From: Bacillota bacterium
Lineage (GTDB): Bacteria > Bacillota > Clostridia > Acetivibrionales > DTU013
NCBI GenBank assembly: GCA_023411575.1
Contig: JAEYOP010000018.1
Coordinates: 8,441-72,440, forward strand
Direction of reading: 5' to 3'
Length of the DNA stretch: 64,000 nt
Shown here: one piece after another, positions 47,075 to 55,740 of the stretch
How positions within the stretch are numbered: position 1 is the stretch's first letter
Layout: each line of letters starts with the position of its first letter
Position numbers and translations under genes: made by a program
The notes under the pieces: generated by a model
Told to the model about the DNA's origin: nothing
The model's database searches: none
The model's input: only the letters and a program-made list of their open reading frames with translations

Positions 47075-49957
47075 TCAGCTACCGGTCAGGACCGGTAAAA
47101 CAATCCGGACCATTGTTCCGATATTTTCACGGCTTTCTATGCTAAAGGCGGCCTGATCGCCGAAATACAGCCTGATGCGCCGATAAACATTGGATAAGCC
47201 GATGCTGCTGCTGTTGTCGTCACCGGTTTCCGAAGTCAACTGTGTCATCAGCTCGTTTATTCTTTCTTTTGACATGCCGGTGCCGTTATCGGAAATTTCA
47301 ATAGTAACCCGGTTTGTTTCAATAAATCCTCTGACAGTGACAATTCCTTTATGCCGGATATTTTCAAAACCATGCTTGATGGCGTTCTCCACAATAGGCT
47401 GTAAAATGAGCTTTATAGTCCGGCATTCCAGTATGCTGTCTTCAAATTGCTGTTTGATTTCAATCCGGTCGTGATTGCAGATTTCCTGAATGTAGATATA
47501 GCTTTTCAGGTGTTCGATTTCTTCCCGGAAGGTAACCTGATCCTTTCCCTTACTGATACTGCCCCTGAAAAAGCTGCCCAGAGCGGTAACCATATTGCAA
47601 ATATCCTCTGCTCCTTTTTTATATGCCATCCAATTGATAGCTTCCAGCGTATTATATAGAAAATGCGGATTGATTTGCTGCTGCAAGGCTTTTAGCTGCG
47701 CTTCCTTTTCAAGCAGCTTGAGATCACTTTCGCGAAGCTTGGATTGGTAGTTTTCCAGCATGAGCTTGTTGAATTCCTGAAACAGAACGGCGATTTCATC
47801 CTTCCTTTTTGTATTTATGTCAGGGTCGGCAGAGGAGCCCTTAATGAAAAACAGGAGCTTTTTTAGCGGCTTAGCCATTGAGGAAGTGATAAGGGTTGAA
47901 ATGAAAAGGAGAAGAACGATATAAAGAATCAAGATGAATACACTATACATGAAAATTGGGAATAGGATGGATCGGAGCTGTGAAACCGGAATAACTCCTA
48001 CGATATTAAAATTGAAATCAGAAGAAACAGTATTGACGACCAGATAGGAGCGGTTTTCTGAAGACAGTGAAAAGCTTCCGGCTTCCTTTTTAACAATTTC
48101 GGATAAAAAATCCTCCGATTGAAGAATAACTGAGGTTTCTGCGGTTTCATCGGACGAGATGACGTTTGAATTTCCATCCATGAGGAGGATGAAATTGGAA
48201 ATCTCCTGTTCCGGAATGCGGAAAACACTGTTGAGATAGCTCTGATCAATAAAGAAGACCGCATAGCCGAAATCGAACTGAAGGGACTTGAGACTGCCGG
48301 CTTTGCGGGCAAAGACCAAAACAGAACGGTTATGATAGTTGCTGATTTTTCCAAGGAAAACAAGCTCTCCTATACTATTGTCCAATTTGTCTTTATAGCT
48401 GACATCCAGAGCAGTAATGGCGGCTGTGTCCAAATAGATATCCGAATAAATATTCTCGCCTTTTCGGTTATAAAGGTTCAGAGAATAAAATTCATTTCTG
48501 GAACGCTTAAAATCCGAAAACATGTCACGGATAACAGAATAGCCGGGTTCGGGAATTCTGTCGCTTTCGAGGCCGGGCCATGCATCCTGGAAGTCGTTGC
48601 TGTAAATCAATTCCTTTGTGATGTTGTTGAAGCTGTTAAAATTGTAATCTACATATTTCTTCACCTGGGAGATCGTATTGACCGTCAGGCTGGTGACTTT
48701 ATCATAGTAAAGATGGTAATATCCGTTGGCGGTGGACAGGGTAAAAGCAAGTGCCGGTATGATGATGGTAAACAGAAAATGGATAAACAATCTTGTTCTG
48801 AAGCTGGAATCCTTTAAAAAGAAATACCCTATGGTCTTGGGCTGTTCTTGCATGGGGCGGCTGTTATACATCAGCGTATCTGCCAGAGCGTGCAGGGGAA
48901 TAGCTATTTTTCTGGCGGAATAATAGGAAAAAAACAGAATAAAAAGGATACAGGGGATGCTAAAGCCGAAGATGTAGAGATATGGGTTTGGGTGGCGATT
49001 GTTCGCGAAGACCTCCGAAAGCGGTATCTGTATGATCATGCGATACTGGTATGGCAACAGATGATAATATGTTTTCAGCATCTTTATTCCATGGATCGTT
49101 TCATAAGAATACGGAAGGCCGTCCATGAGGCGCTCGTCAAATTGACCGGATAGGGCGGCGCTGCCACCGTTGTTGGACCAGATCACCTGCCTGTTGTTAT
49201 CCAGCAAATACAGGTTGGCGGGCTGATCAAAACTGGAAAAGAGATCCGAGAACAATTCGTATTTAAACGTAATGATAACAATTCCCTTTGTTGTTTTATC
49301 GGCATTGATCAGCTTTTTAACATAGGTCAGATTGCCGTCAACCAGGGAAACGATTTGTGCGTCCGTCATGTCAACTGAAGAGGAAGGGGCTTTGCGATAC
49401 AAAAAGGGAGTATTATCCTCTGAATCCCGGCTAAGGAGTGGGTACTGCCTGCAGAAATCGTTGAAATTGAAGTCGTCGCCCAAATACCAGCCCTGCTTGT
49501 CCAGCTTGAATATATAGGACATGTCGTTTGACCCAAGGAAAAAAATCTGGTCAATGTAATTTTGAAGAATAAATATTTTTGACAACTCGGCGCTTATATT
49601 ATAAAGACTTCGGTTGATCAATTCATAATTGCGGCTGTCGAAGGGCAAAGATACGGCGTCGGTAATGACTGTACTGTTATTTATTTTTTTCAAACAATCG
49701 TCCATGTTGAGAAAATTATCGTTTAAATACTCATTGGACAGCTTTATGGAGCTTTTATAATATTCCACCTGCTTTTCTACCAGGGACTTTGTAAAGTAAT
49801 TATAGGATGCCAGGGAAAATGTAATAAATACAAACAATGCAAGAAAAACGGAATAAAAAAAGAGCCGGTATCGGATACTTGGGTTTCGGGTTATTTTTTG
49901 AAAGATTGATTTTATTTTCACGGGGATCAAATATTGGAATATCATACGGTTCTCCAT
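47075..49957 (-). CDS. Sensor histidine kinase, YesM-type, with four TM segments and two extracytoplasmic sensor domains
   Basis: Hydrophobic segments lie at aa ~31-53, 326-347, 389-410 and 663-692. These are followed by HAMP-like KPLKKL..., the histidine box INPHFLYNTLEAI and the HATPase_c motifs (DNGTGM, GLSNV). Confidence 0.85.
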   Translation of the reverse strand: MENRMIFQYLIPVKIKSIFQKITRNPSIRYRLFFYSVFLALFVFITFSLASYNYFTKSLVEKQVEYYKSSIKLSNEYLNDNFLNMDDCLKKINNSTVITDAVSLPFDSRNYELINRSLYNISAELSKIFILQNYIDQIFFLGSNDMSYIFKLDKQGWYLGDDFNFNDFCRQYPLLSRDSEDNTPFLYRKAPSSSVDMTDAQIVSLVDGNLTYVKKLINADKTTKGIVIITFKYELFSDLFSSFDQPANLYLLDNNRQVIWSNNGGSAALSGQFDERLMDGLPYSYETIHGIKMLKTYYHLLPYQYRMIIQIPLSEVFANNRHPNPYLYIFGFSIPCILFILFFSYYSARKIAIPLHALADTLMYNSRPMQEQPKTIGYFFLKDSSFRTRLFIHFLFTIIIPALAFTLSTANGYYHLYYDKVTSLTVNTISQVKKYVDYNFNSFNNITKELIYSNDFQDAWPGLESDRIPEPGYSVIRDMFSDFKRSRNEFYSLNLYNRKGENIYSDIYLDTAAITALDVSYKDKLDNSIGELVFLGKISNYHNRSVLVFARKAGSLKSLQFDFGYAVFFIDQSYLNSVFRIPEQEISNFILLMDGNSNVISSDETAETSVILQSEDFLSEIVKKEAGSFSLSSENRSYLVVNTVSSDFNFNIVGVIPVSQLRSILFPIFMYSVFILILYIVLLLFISTLITSSMAKPLKKLLFFIKGSSADPDINTKRKDEIAVLFQEFNKLMLENYQSKLRESDLKLLEKEAQLKALQQQINPHFLYNTLEAINWMAYKKGAEDICNMVTALGSFFRGSISKGKDQVTFREEIEHLKSYIYIQEICNHDRIEIKQQFEDSILECRTIKLILQPIVENAIKHGFENIRHKGIVTVRGFIETNRVTIEISDNGTGMSKERINELMTQLTSETGDDNSSSIGLSNVYRRIRLYFGDQAAFSIESRENIGTMVRIVLPVLTGS

Positions 49958-49963
49958 AAAACA

Positions 49964-51616
49964 TTATTCGCCCGGCAGCTTCCGCTTATATTCCAGGGGC
50001 GTTATACCGGTGAAGTTTTTAAAGGTATTTGTAAAATAGGTAGGGTCCTCATACCCTACCAGGCGACCGATTTCATATATTTTTAAATCCACCCGGTTCA
50101 GAAGCTCGATGGCTTTGGTTATCCTGAATTCCTTCAAATAATCCACAAAATTCGAACCGGTCTCTTTTTTAAACAGTATGCTGAAATAGCTTGGATTTAA
50201 AAAAACAGATTCAGCCGTTTGATTCAGCGTGATTTTTTCGTTATAGTGCTCTTCTATAAACTTTTTCGCTTTTAGTATGCAGGGATAGGAGGAGGACCTG
50301 GATTTGCTGTTCAGGCTGCCGAGGCCGGCAGCAACCCTGGAAATTACCCCGGAAAGCGCGATTTCAAGCTCGTTGTGGGACCGGAAGGCGTTGATGAAGG
50401 ATAAAAACGGGGGATAGATGTTGATGATTTCACCCAGAGAGGTCTTGTGCTTGCTCAACCGTCTGTCAATGATGTTCAGCAACTGGAGGGCATAATTCTG
50501 GATGGTTTCGGGTTCCAGGTGGCGCAGCGCAGGGTCAAACGCTTCCCAGAAAGCCCGGAAGCCGGAAGCGCTTTTTTTCGCATCCCCTTCCATGAGCGCG
50601 TTAAGCAGCTGGTTTTCCGATTCATAGGGATATTCAAAAAAAGCATTAATCAGCGAGGATTTGTCCTTCCAGGCATAAAAGAATTCCTGGGATTCGTCAA
50701 AGAACTTCCGTTTCAGGCTGATTTCGGCCTGCTTATAAGAGCTTGCCGCAAAAAGAATGCTTTTGTAGATATTACCTGTGCTGATCCTGCTGGAGCGGAC
50801 AGGCAGACTGCCGGAATGACGCCGGACAATCCCCGAAATTTCTTCGGACTGATGTATGATAAATTCATAGGGCGTTTCAAATTTATCCGGCAGGTTGAAG
50901 TTCAGCAGGATTATAAATTCATAATTGCGGCTGATATAAGCGTATCCCAAATTATTTATTTTCAGGTGCCTGCAGATTTCGGAAAAAAGATCATGTACGC
51001 AGTTGCGCATTCCGGGCTGCTTCCACAGTTCCGAAATACTATCGGCTTGCAGTATCATACACGCAAAATAATCGTAAGTTAAATTCAATTCCAGCAAATT
51101 TATTTTTTCTTCTATTTCCGCGTAGTCGTAGATTCTTTCTTCCAGTATGCCTTTGAGAAAATTTTCCGCAGCCAGGGGAAGGCTTTCATTGATTTGTTTC
51201 TTATAGCTGTTGATCAGAGCGGGAATCTTTTTCCTTTCGTCCAGTTCCTTTTTCAACCGCAGGAAAAGGCTTTTCAATTCCTGCAAGTTGACAGGCTTTA
51301 AAAGATATTCGCTGATGCCTGCGCTGATTGCCTTTTTGGCGTAATCAAATTCCTTATAGCCTGTAAGCAATACGATTTTAATGTGAGGATAATCGCTGCT
51401 TAATCTTTTACTGAGTTCCAGACCATCTACAAAGGGCATTTTGATATCCGTAAGCACGACATCGGCCTGGGAGGCCTCCATCCGTTCAAGCGCCTCTTCG
51501 CCGTTGGAAGCGGAACAAACCGCTTCAAAGCCAAGCTCATTCCATTGAAAGGTCATTAAACCGTCACAAACCAGAAACTCATCATCTACGATCATTATTT
51601 TGTAAAGGTCGCCCAT
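49964..51616 (-). CDS. Response regulator with AraC-type HTH output (YesN-like)
   Basis: It has a receiver domain (DVVLTDIKMPFVDG), a middle domain and a C-terminal AraC HTH (...NPSYFSILFKKETGSNFVDYLKEFRITKAIELL...GYEDPTYFTNTFKNFTGITPLEYKR). Confidence 0.85.
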   Translation of the reverse strand: MGDLYKIMIVDDEFLVCDGLMTFQWNELGFEAVCSASNGEEALERMEASQADVVLTDIKMPFVDGLELSKRLSSDYPHIKIVLLTGYKEFDYAKKAISAGISEYLLKPVNLQELKSLFLRLKKELDERKKIPALINSYKKQINESLPLAAENFLKGILEERIYDYAEIEEKINLLELNLTYDYFACMILQADSISELWKQPGMRNCVHDLFSEICRHLKINNLGYAYISRNYEFIILLNFNLPDKFETPYEFIIHQSEEISGIVRRHSGSLPVRSSRISTGNIYKSILFAASSYKQAEISLKRKFFDESQEFFYAWKDKSSLINAFFEYPYESENQLLNALMEGDAKKSASGFRAFWEAFDPALRHLEPETIQNYALQLLNIIDRRLSKHKTSLGEIINIYPPFLSFINAFRSHNELEIALSGVISRVAAGLGSLNSKSRSSSYPCILKAKKFIEEHYNEKITLNQTAESVFLNPSYFSILFKKETGSNFVDYLKEFRITKAIELLNRVDLKIYEIGRLVGYEDPTYFTNTFKNFTGITPLEYKRKLPGE

Positions 51617-51965
51617 GTCATTCCCTTCTTTATGCAGTGGTTTGATATAAAAATTTTATAACATTGCCTGGGAGTTTTCCATATGGATTTTCAACAATCA
51701 AAAAAAACTAAAGAAATACAAAAAATGACCCGTTCATTCTCTTTTTTCCCGTTGCTACAATAGAAGCATGCTTACAGCCATTTTAAGAATATTTGCTCTC
51801 AAGGCGGAAAGGGTCTCATTCAACTGATGGATCAACTGATTCTTGAAGGAGGTGCAAATTCATGGTTCAATTGAATTATGAAATCAATGATACATCATAA
51901 CATTGGTGAGAAGCAACAACATCCTTATTTTCCCAGGCTCATCAATAAATTTGAAGGAGGATTCC

Positions 51966-53519
51966 ATGAAAAAGCTATTCGCATTGATATTGAGTCTCTT
52001 TGTTATTTTATCTTTCGTTCTCCCTTCCTATGCAATTACGTCAGTACCGGTCACCGGAATTAAGCTGGACAGCAAAAGCATCAATATGAAGCCTGGCCAG
52101 ACCTATACCTTGAATATAACGCTTACCCCTGCCAATACGACACAAAAACTGCTGACCTTTTCCACCAGCGATTCCGATGTAGCCATGGTTACCAAAAGCG
52201 GTAAAATTGTCGGTGTAAATCCGGGCAAGGCGACAATCACGGTCCATTCCCAAAGCAACCAAAAGATTTCTGCGAAATGCACCATTGTTGTTGCTGACCG
52301 CAATGGAGAAGTAAACGTATTGGCGTATAACCAAAGGACCAGGGATTCCCTTTTCGGCCCTTTATATAACGATTTTACAAAAGCCACCGGCATCAAGGTG
52401 AATGTACTTCCGGTTACGGGAGACGGGGCAGACTATATGAGAAAGGTTGACATTGCCCTGATGTCCGGAGATACGTTCGATGTATTTTTTGTTGGAAATC
52501 AGATTGACCATACAAAATACGTTTTGAACAAGTCGTTACTTGAATTGAGTGATTTTGCCAAAAACTATCAATATGATCTGAATACCAAGTATGGGAAATA
52601 CCTGTTGAAATTCAGCGGGCAGGTGTATGGTATTCCCGGTTCTCCCAGCTACTGGGCGGTTTTCTATAACAAAAAAATCTTTGATGACGCAAAGGTGCCT
52701 TATCCCAAGGGGTACTGGACCTGGGACCAGTATGTTGAAACCGCGAAGAAATTAACCAATCCCGAAAAAAAGATTTACGGTTCCTTCATGAATACGTTTG
52801 ATGCCAACAACTACATACTGGCAAACCAAAAAGGCGTGAACGGATATAAGCCGGATGGCACCAGCAATTTTGATGATCCTGCATTCATTGATTCCATCAA
52901 ATTTTATGGAAGTCTTGGAAATACATTGAAGGTCCAGCCCAGCTTTGCGGAACAGTCTTCCAAAAAACTGCCCGCGGAAAGCTTTGTGTCAGGAAACTAT
53001 GCGATGCAATTCTGCGGGTCCTGGCTACTTTCCCAGCTGTCCGACCGGGTAAAATATCCAAGAGACTGGGATTACGGCATTACTCAGGTCCCAGTTCCAG
53101 ATGCCAGCTCAAAGAATAACGTAGGCGCCATCGGGTTTGTTCAAATCAATAAAAACGCCAAAAACAAGGATAATGCATTCCGGCTGGCTACCTTTATCGG
53201 AGAAAACCAGTACAAGTATACAAATGAAATCCCTGCGCTTGCTGATTTTGACAAGGACGATTTTCTCAAGCTTTTCGAGCAGGGCGCAAAGGATTCAGGC
53301 GGGAGCGTCACAGCGGAAGACCTTTATAATGCGCTTATTAATAACGGTTTAGGCTTCAGACCTGAAAAAATTACCGGTTCCATTCCCGCCCAGTATAAAG
53401 CGATTATAGTGAAAGAGGTTCAGCTGTATTATCTGGGCCAAAAATCGGCTGAGGATGTCTGCAAGAGCATCAAGGAACAGGCCGATGCAGAAATCATGAA
53501 ATTGAAACAGAATAAGTGA
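51966..53519 (+). CDS. Extracellular solute-binding protein with an N-terminal Big_2 (bacterial Ig-like) domain
   Basis: The ATG at 51966 follows SD GAAGGAGG. The signal peptide MKKLFALILSLFVILSFVLPSYA contains no cysteine. Aa ~27-109 match the Big_2 pattern (…VTGIKLDSKSINMKPGQTYTLNITLTPANTT…VGVNPGKATITVHS…), and the remainder is an SBP_bac_1-type fold. Confidence 0.8.
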   Translation: MKKLFALILSLFVILSFVLPSYAITSVPVTGIKLDSKSINMKPGQTYTLNITLTPANTTQKLLTFSTSDSDVAMVTKSGKIVGVNPGKATITVHSQSNQKISAKCTIVVADRNGEVNVLAYNQRTRDSLFGPLYNDFTKATGIKVNVLPVTGDGADYMRKVDIALMSGDTFDVFFVGNQIDHTKYVLNKSLLELSDFAKNYQYDLNTKYGKYLLKFSGQVYGIPGSPSYWAVFYNKKIFDDAKVPYPKGYWTWDQYVETAKKLTNPEKKIYGSFMNTFDANNYILANQKGVNGYKPDGTSNFDDPAFIDSIKFYGSLGNTLKVQPSFAEQSSKKLPAESFVSGNYAMQFCGSWLLSQLSDRVKYPRDWDYGITQVPVPDASSKNNVGAIGFVQINKNAKNKDNAFRLATFIGENQYKYTNEIPALADFDKDDFLKLFEQGAKDSGGSVTAEDLYNALINNGLGFRPEKITGSIPAQYKAIIVKEVQLYYLGQKSAEDVCKSIKEQADAEIMKLKQNK

Positions 53520-53603
53520 TTTGAACGGAAAGATTGTCGGAACAGCCTCCTCAAGGCTGTTCCGACAGAAAACAAACTTTGCAGCAAATACGGGGTAATC
53601 TAG

Positions 53604-54521
53604 ATGGATTCAATAGGTAAGAGAAAACAGTCTCTGGATAAGGATCAGTTCAGCGTAGTACTTTTATTCCTTGCGCCTTTCATCATAGGGTTTCTTATTT
53701 TTGACGTAATACCGATTCTTTCCGCCTTTGTTATAAGCGTTTTGAATCTCAACTCAATAAGCGGCTTTGCCGATACGGACGCTATGAGATTCATAGGATT
53801 CGAAAATTATATCAATATATTCAAAGACCCTGTTGCCATGACATCTTATGGAAGGTCTTTGCTCTATACGGTTTATTATGTTCCTGCCCTGAATGTTCTC
53901 GCTATTCTTCTGGCTTTGCTGCTGACCAGGGCGCTTTATTTGAAGTCGGCTATCCGCACAATGATTTTTATACCCTATGTGACGAATATCGTAGCGGTTA
54001 CGATTTTGTGGGGAATTCTTCTGGACCCCTTTGGCGGCGTGGTCAATACCTTCTTGAAATCAGTAGGGATAGAGCAGCCGCCGATGTGGCATTTAGGTGT
54101 GAATACTGCGCTGCCGACACTGGCCGGCGTTTCAATTTGGCGTGATGTAGCCTTTCAGATGGTTGTTTACATGGCGGCGATCAATAATGTACCAAGAGAA
54201 TTGTACGAATCGGCGGATGTGGACGGAGCATCCAAAGTCGTCCAGTTTTTCAAAATAACATTGCCGGCGATAACCCCAACGATCTTTGCGATGATCGTAA
54301 CCAGTATCATTAATTCGTTTCAGAATTACGCACTGGTTTTTACGATGACAAACGGAGGACCCGGGGATGCTTCCAGGGTCGCAGTGCTTAACATCTATCA
54401 GGAGGCGTTCGAATACAGCCGGTTCAGCGTCGCATCGGCGCAGGCAATCATTTTGTTTTTTATTATCCTGGTTATCACAATGATTCAATGGAAAGGGCAG
54501 AAAAAATGGGTACATTATTAA
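53604..54521 (+). CDS. Carbohydrate ABC transporter permease (MalF type)
   Basis: Six TM helices with the EAA loop ...YESADVDGASKVVQFFKITLPAITP.... Confidence 0.85.
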   Translation: MDSIGKRKQSLDKDQFSVVLLFLAPFIIGFLIFDVIPILSAFVISVLNLNSISGFADTDAMRFIGFENYINIFKDPVAMTSYGRSLLYTVYYVPALNVLAILLALLLTRALYLKSAIRTMIFIPYVTNIVAVTILWGILLDPFGGVVNTFLKSVGIEQPPMWHLGVNTALPTLAGVSIWRDVAFQMVVYMAAINNVPRELYESADVDGASKVVQFFKITLPAITPTIFAMIVTSIINSFQNYALVFTMTNGGPGDASRVAVLNIYQEAFEYSRFSVASAQAIILFFIILVITMIQWKGQKKWVHY

Positions 54522-55354
54522 AAAGCCACAGTTACCGGAGCAGCGCGAATCGAACTATTTTAACCGTCCTTATGCTGATTCTGTCAGCCCTGATGATTTT
54601 GCCTTTTATCATGATGATTTTCGCATCCTTCAAGTATTCGGCGGATGCCTTTACCAACCCGCTCTTTTTGGATCCGAGAAAAGTCAACCTGAACAATTAT
54701 AAAGAAATTTTTGAACATCCTTATTATTTCAAATGGTTTTTGAATTCTGTCATTGTTGCGGTAAGTGTGATCGTTTTGAAGGGGACTGTAGTTTCGATGG
54801 CGGCTTATGCTTTTGCCAAACTGAGATTCCGAGGCAGAGACACCTTATTCATGGTACTGATGTCAGCCATGATGGTTACATCGGATACAACCATTGTTGC
54901 AAGATATTTATTATATAAAGAGATGCACCTGATCAACTCCCTTTTGGCACTTATAATCCCTTCCGTATTCGGAGTCTTTTTTGTATTCCTTCTAAGGCAG
55001 TTCTTTTTAGGGATCCCGGCGGAGCTTTCGGAAGCGGCGGTGATTGACGGCTGCTCCCATTTTAAGATATATTACAAAATCATCATTCCATTATCCATAC
55101 CGGCCATGCTGACAATGGCTTTATTCAGCTTTATTTGGTCCTGGAATGATTTTGTAAACGCATTTGTATTCATCACGCCGCTGGAAAGGCAGGTAGTACC
55201 TGTCGGGCTGAAATCCTTTCAAAATGAATACACAACGGATACCTCGCTTCAGATGGCGGGTATCTGCATCGCAATAATACCTGTAATTATCCTCTTTACG
55301 ACCGTTCAGAAGTACTTTGTCGAGGGAATTGCTTTAACAGGGATTAAAGGTTAG
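54506..55354 (+). CDS. Carbohydrate ABC transporter permease (MalG type)
   Basis: The EAA loop is ...LSEAAVIDGCSHFKIYYKIIIPLS.... I chose the ATG at 54506 (MGTLLK), which overlaps the upstream permease by 16 nt; the track ATG is 54488. Confidence 0.85.
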   Translation: MGTLLKSHSYRSSANRTILTVLMLILSALMILPFIMMIFASFKYSADAFTNPLFLDPRKVNLNNYKEIFEHPYYFKWFLNSVIVAVSVIVLKGTVVSMAAYAFAKLRFRGRDTLFMVLMSAMMVTSDTTIVARYLLYKEMHLINSLLALIIPSVFGVFFVFLLRQFFLGIPAELSEAAVIDGCSHFKIYYKIIIPLSIPAMLTMALFSFIWSWNDFVNAFVFITPLERQVVPVGLKSFQNEYTTDTSLQMAGICIAIIPVIILFTTVQKYFVEGIALTGIKG

Positions 55355-55367
55355 CAGCACCCAGGCT

Positions 55368-55425
55368 CAAGAACCACATTAGCAAACAAGAACCACATCA
55401 GCAAACAAGAACCACATACAGCAAA
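55368..55425 (+). repeat. Three tandem 19-20-nt direct repeats (CAAGAACCACAT-N-AGCAAA)
   Basis: CAAGAACCACATTAGCAAA, CAAGAACCACATCAGCAAA and CAAGAACCACATACAGCAAA run head to tail, starting 14 nt after the permease stop. Confidence 0.85.
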
Positions 55426-55434
55426 TCTTGAAGA

Positions 55435-55479
55435 AAAGGGACGTTTTCCGGTTCTCCCTGCCGGAAGCGGTCCCTTTTT
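55435..55479 (+). terminator. Intrinsic terminator of the ABC importer operon
   Basis: AAAGGGACG...TTCCGG...CCGGAA...CGGTCCCTTT forms a long two-tier hairpin followed by TTTTT. Confidence 0.65.
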
Positions 55480-55580
55480 GTATGCGGGCAATCAACAATA
55501 CCCTTTACTACAAGCCACGCCTAAAGGGCGTTGGTACGGTCTCCCACCCGTGAACGGGTCATCATCATCTATTGCCCGTA

Positions 55581-55621
55581 AAAGAAAAACCCCTGGCTAG
55601 GCCGGGGGGTTGATTATTTGG
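55581..55621. terminator. Bidirectional terminator-like hairpin upstream of the mraZ promoter
   Basis: An 8-bp GC stem CCCCTGGC-TAG-GCCGGGGG (55590-55608) is flanked by AAAGAAAAA on one side, which reads UUUUUCUUU on the minus strand. On the other side it is flanked by GTTGATTATTTGG. Confidence 0.5.
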
Positions 55622-55704
55622 CCGCAATTGGGCGGAGAATGTTCCCGTGGGTGATTTTCCATAGGACCTTATACCTATCTTTCGAAAAAAATTCCATTTA
55701 TCTC

Positions 55705-55733
55705 TTGAAATGAACGGCAATATGCTTTAAAAT
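55705..55733 (+). promoter_or_regulatory. Sigma-A-type promoter of the dcw cluster (PmraZ)
   Basis: TTGAAA (55705-55710), a 17-nt spacer, then TAAAAT (55728-55733), about 75 nt upstream of the mraZ start. Confidence 0.6.
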
Positions 55734-55740
55734 AGAGACA

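Noticed and set aside
43876-55354. Low-GC block as a classical mobile element, genomic island or prophage.
   Set aside because: I found no integrase, transposase, recombinase, tRNA attachment site, flanking direct repeats or phage genes. I report it only as a compositional anomaly.
55368-55425. Possible CRISPR array.
   Set aside because: There are only three units of 19-20 nt with no spacers, no cas genes and no palindromic repeat structure. It is a simple tandem repeat.
55483-55580. Assignment of the structured element to a known riboswitch or RNA family (TPP, c-di-GMP, fluoride, guanidine, ZTP, THF, 6S and SRP considered).
   Set aside because: I could not find any of the conserved core sequences I remember for these families on either strand. 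It also does not precede a gene in the orientation expected of a riboswitch. It needs an Infernal scan.
55600-55665. 21-codon minus-strand ORF (MENHPREHSPPNCGQIINPPA) between the hairpin and the mraZ promoter.
   Set aside because: The SD is weak, the composition is not informative, and its 3' end runs into the terminator stem. It is most likely fortuitous.
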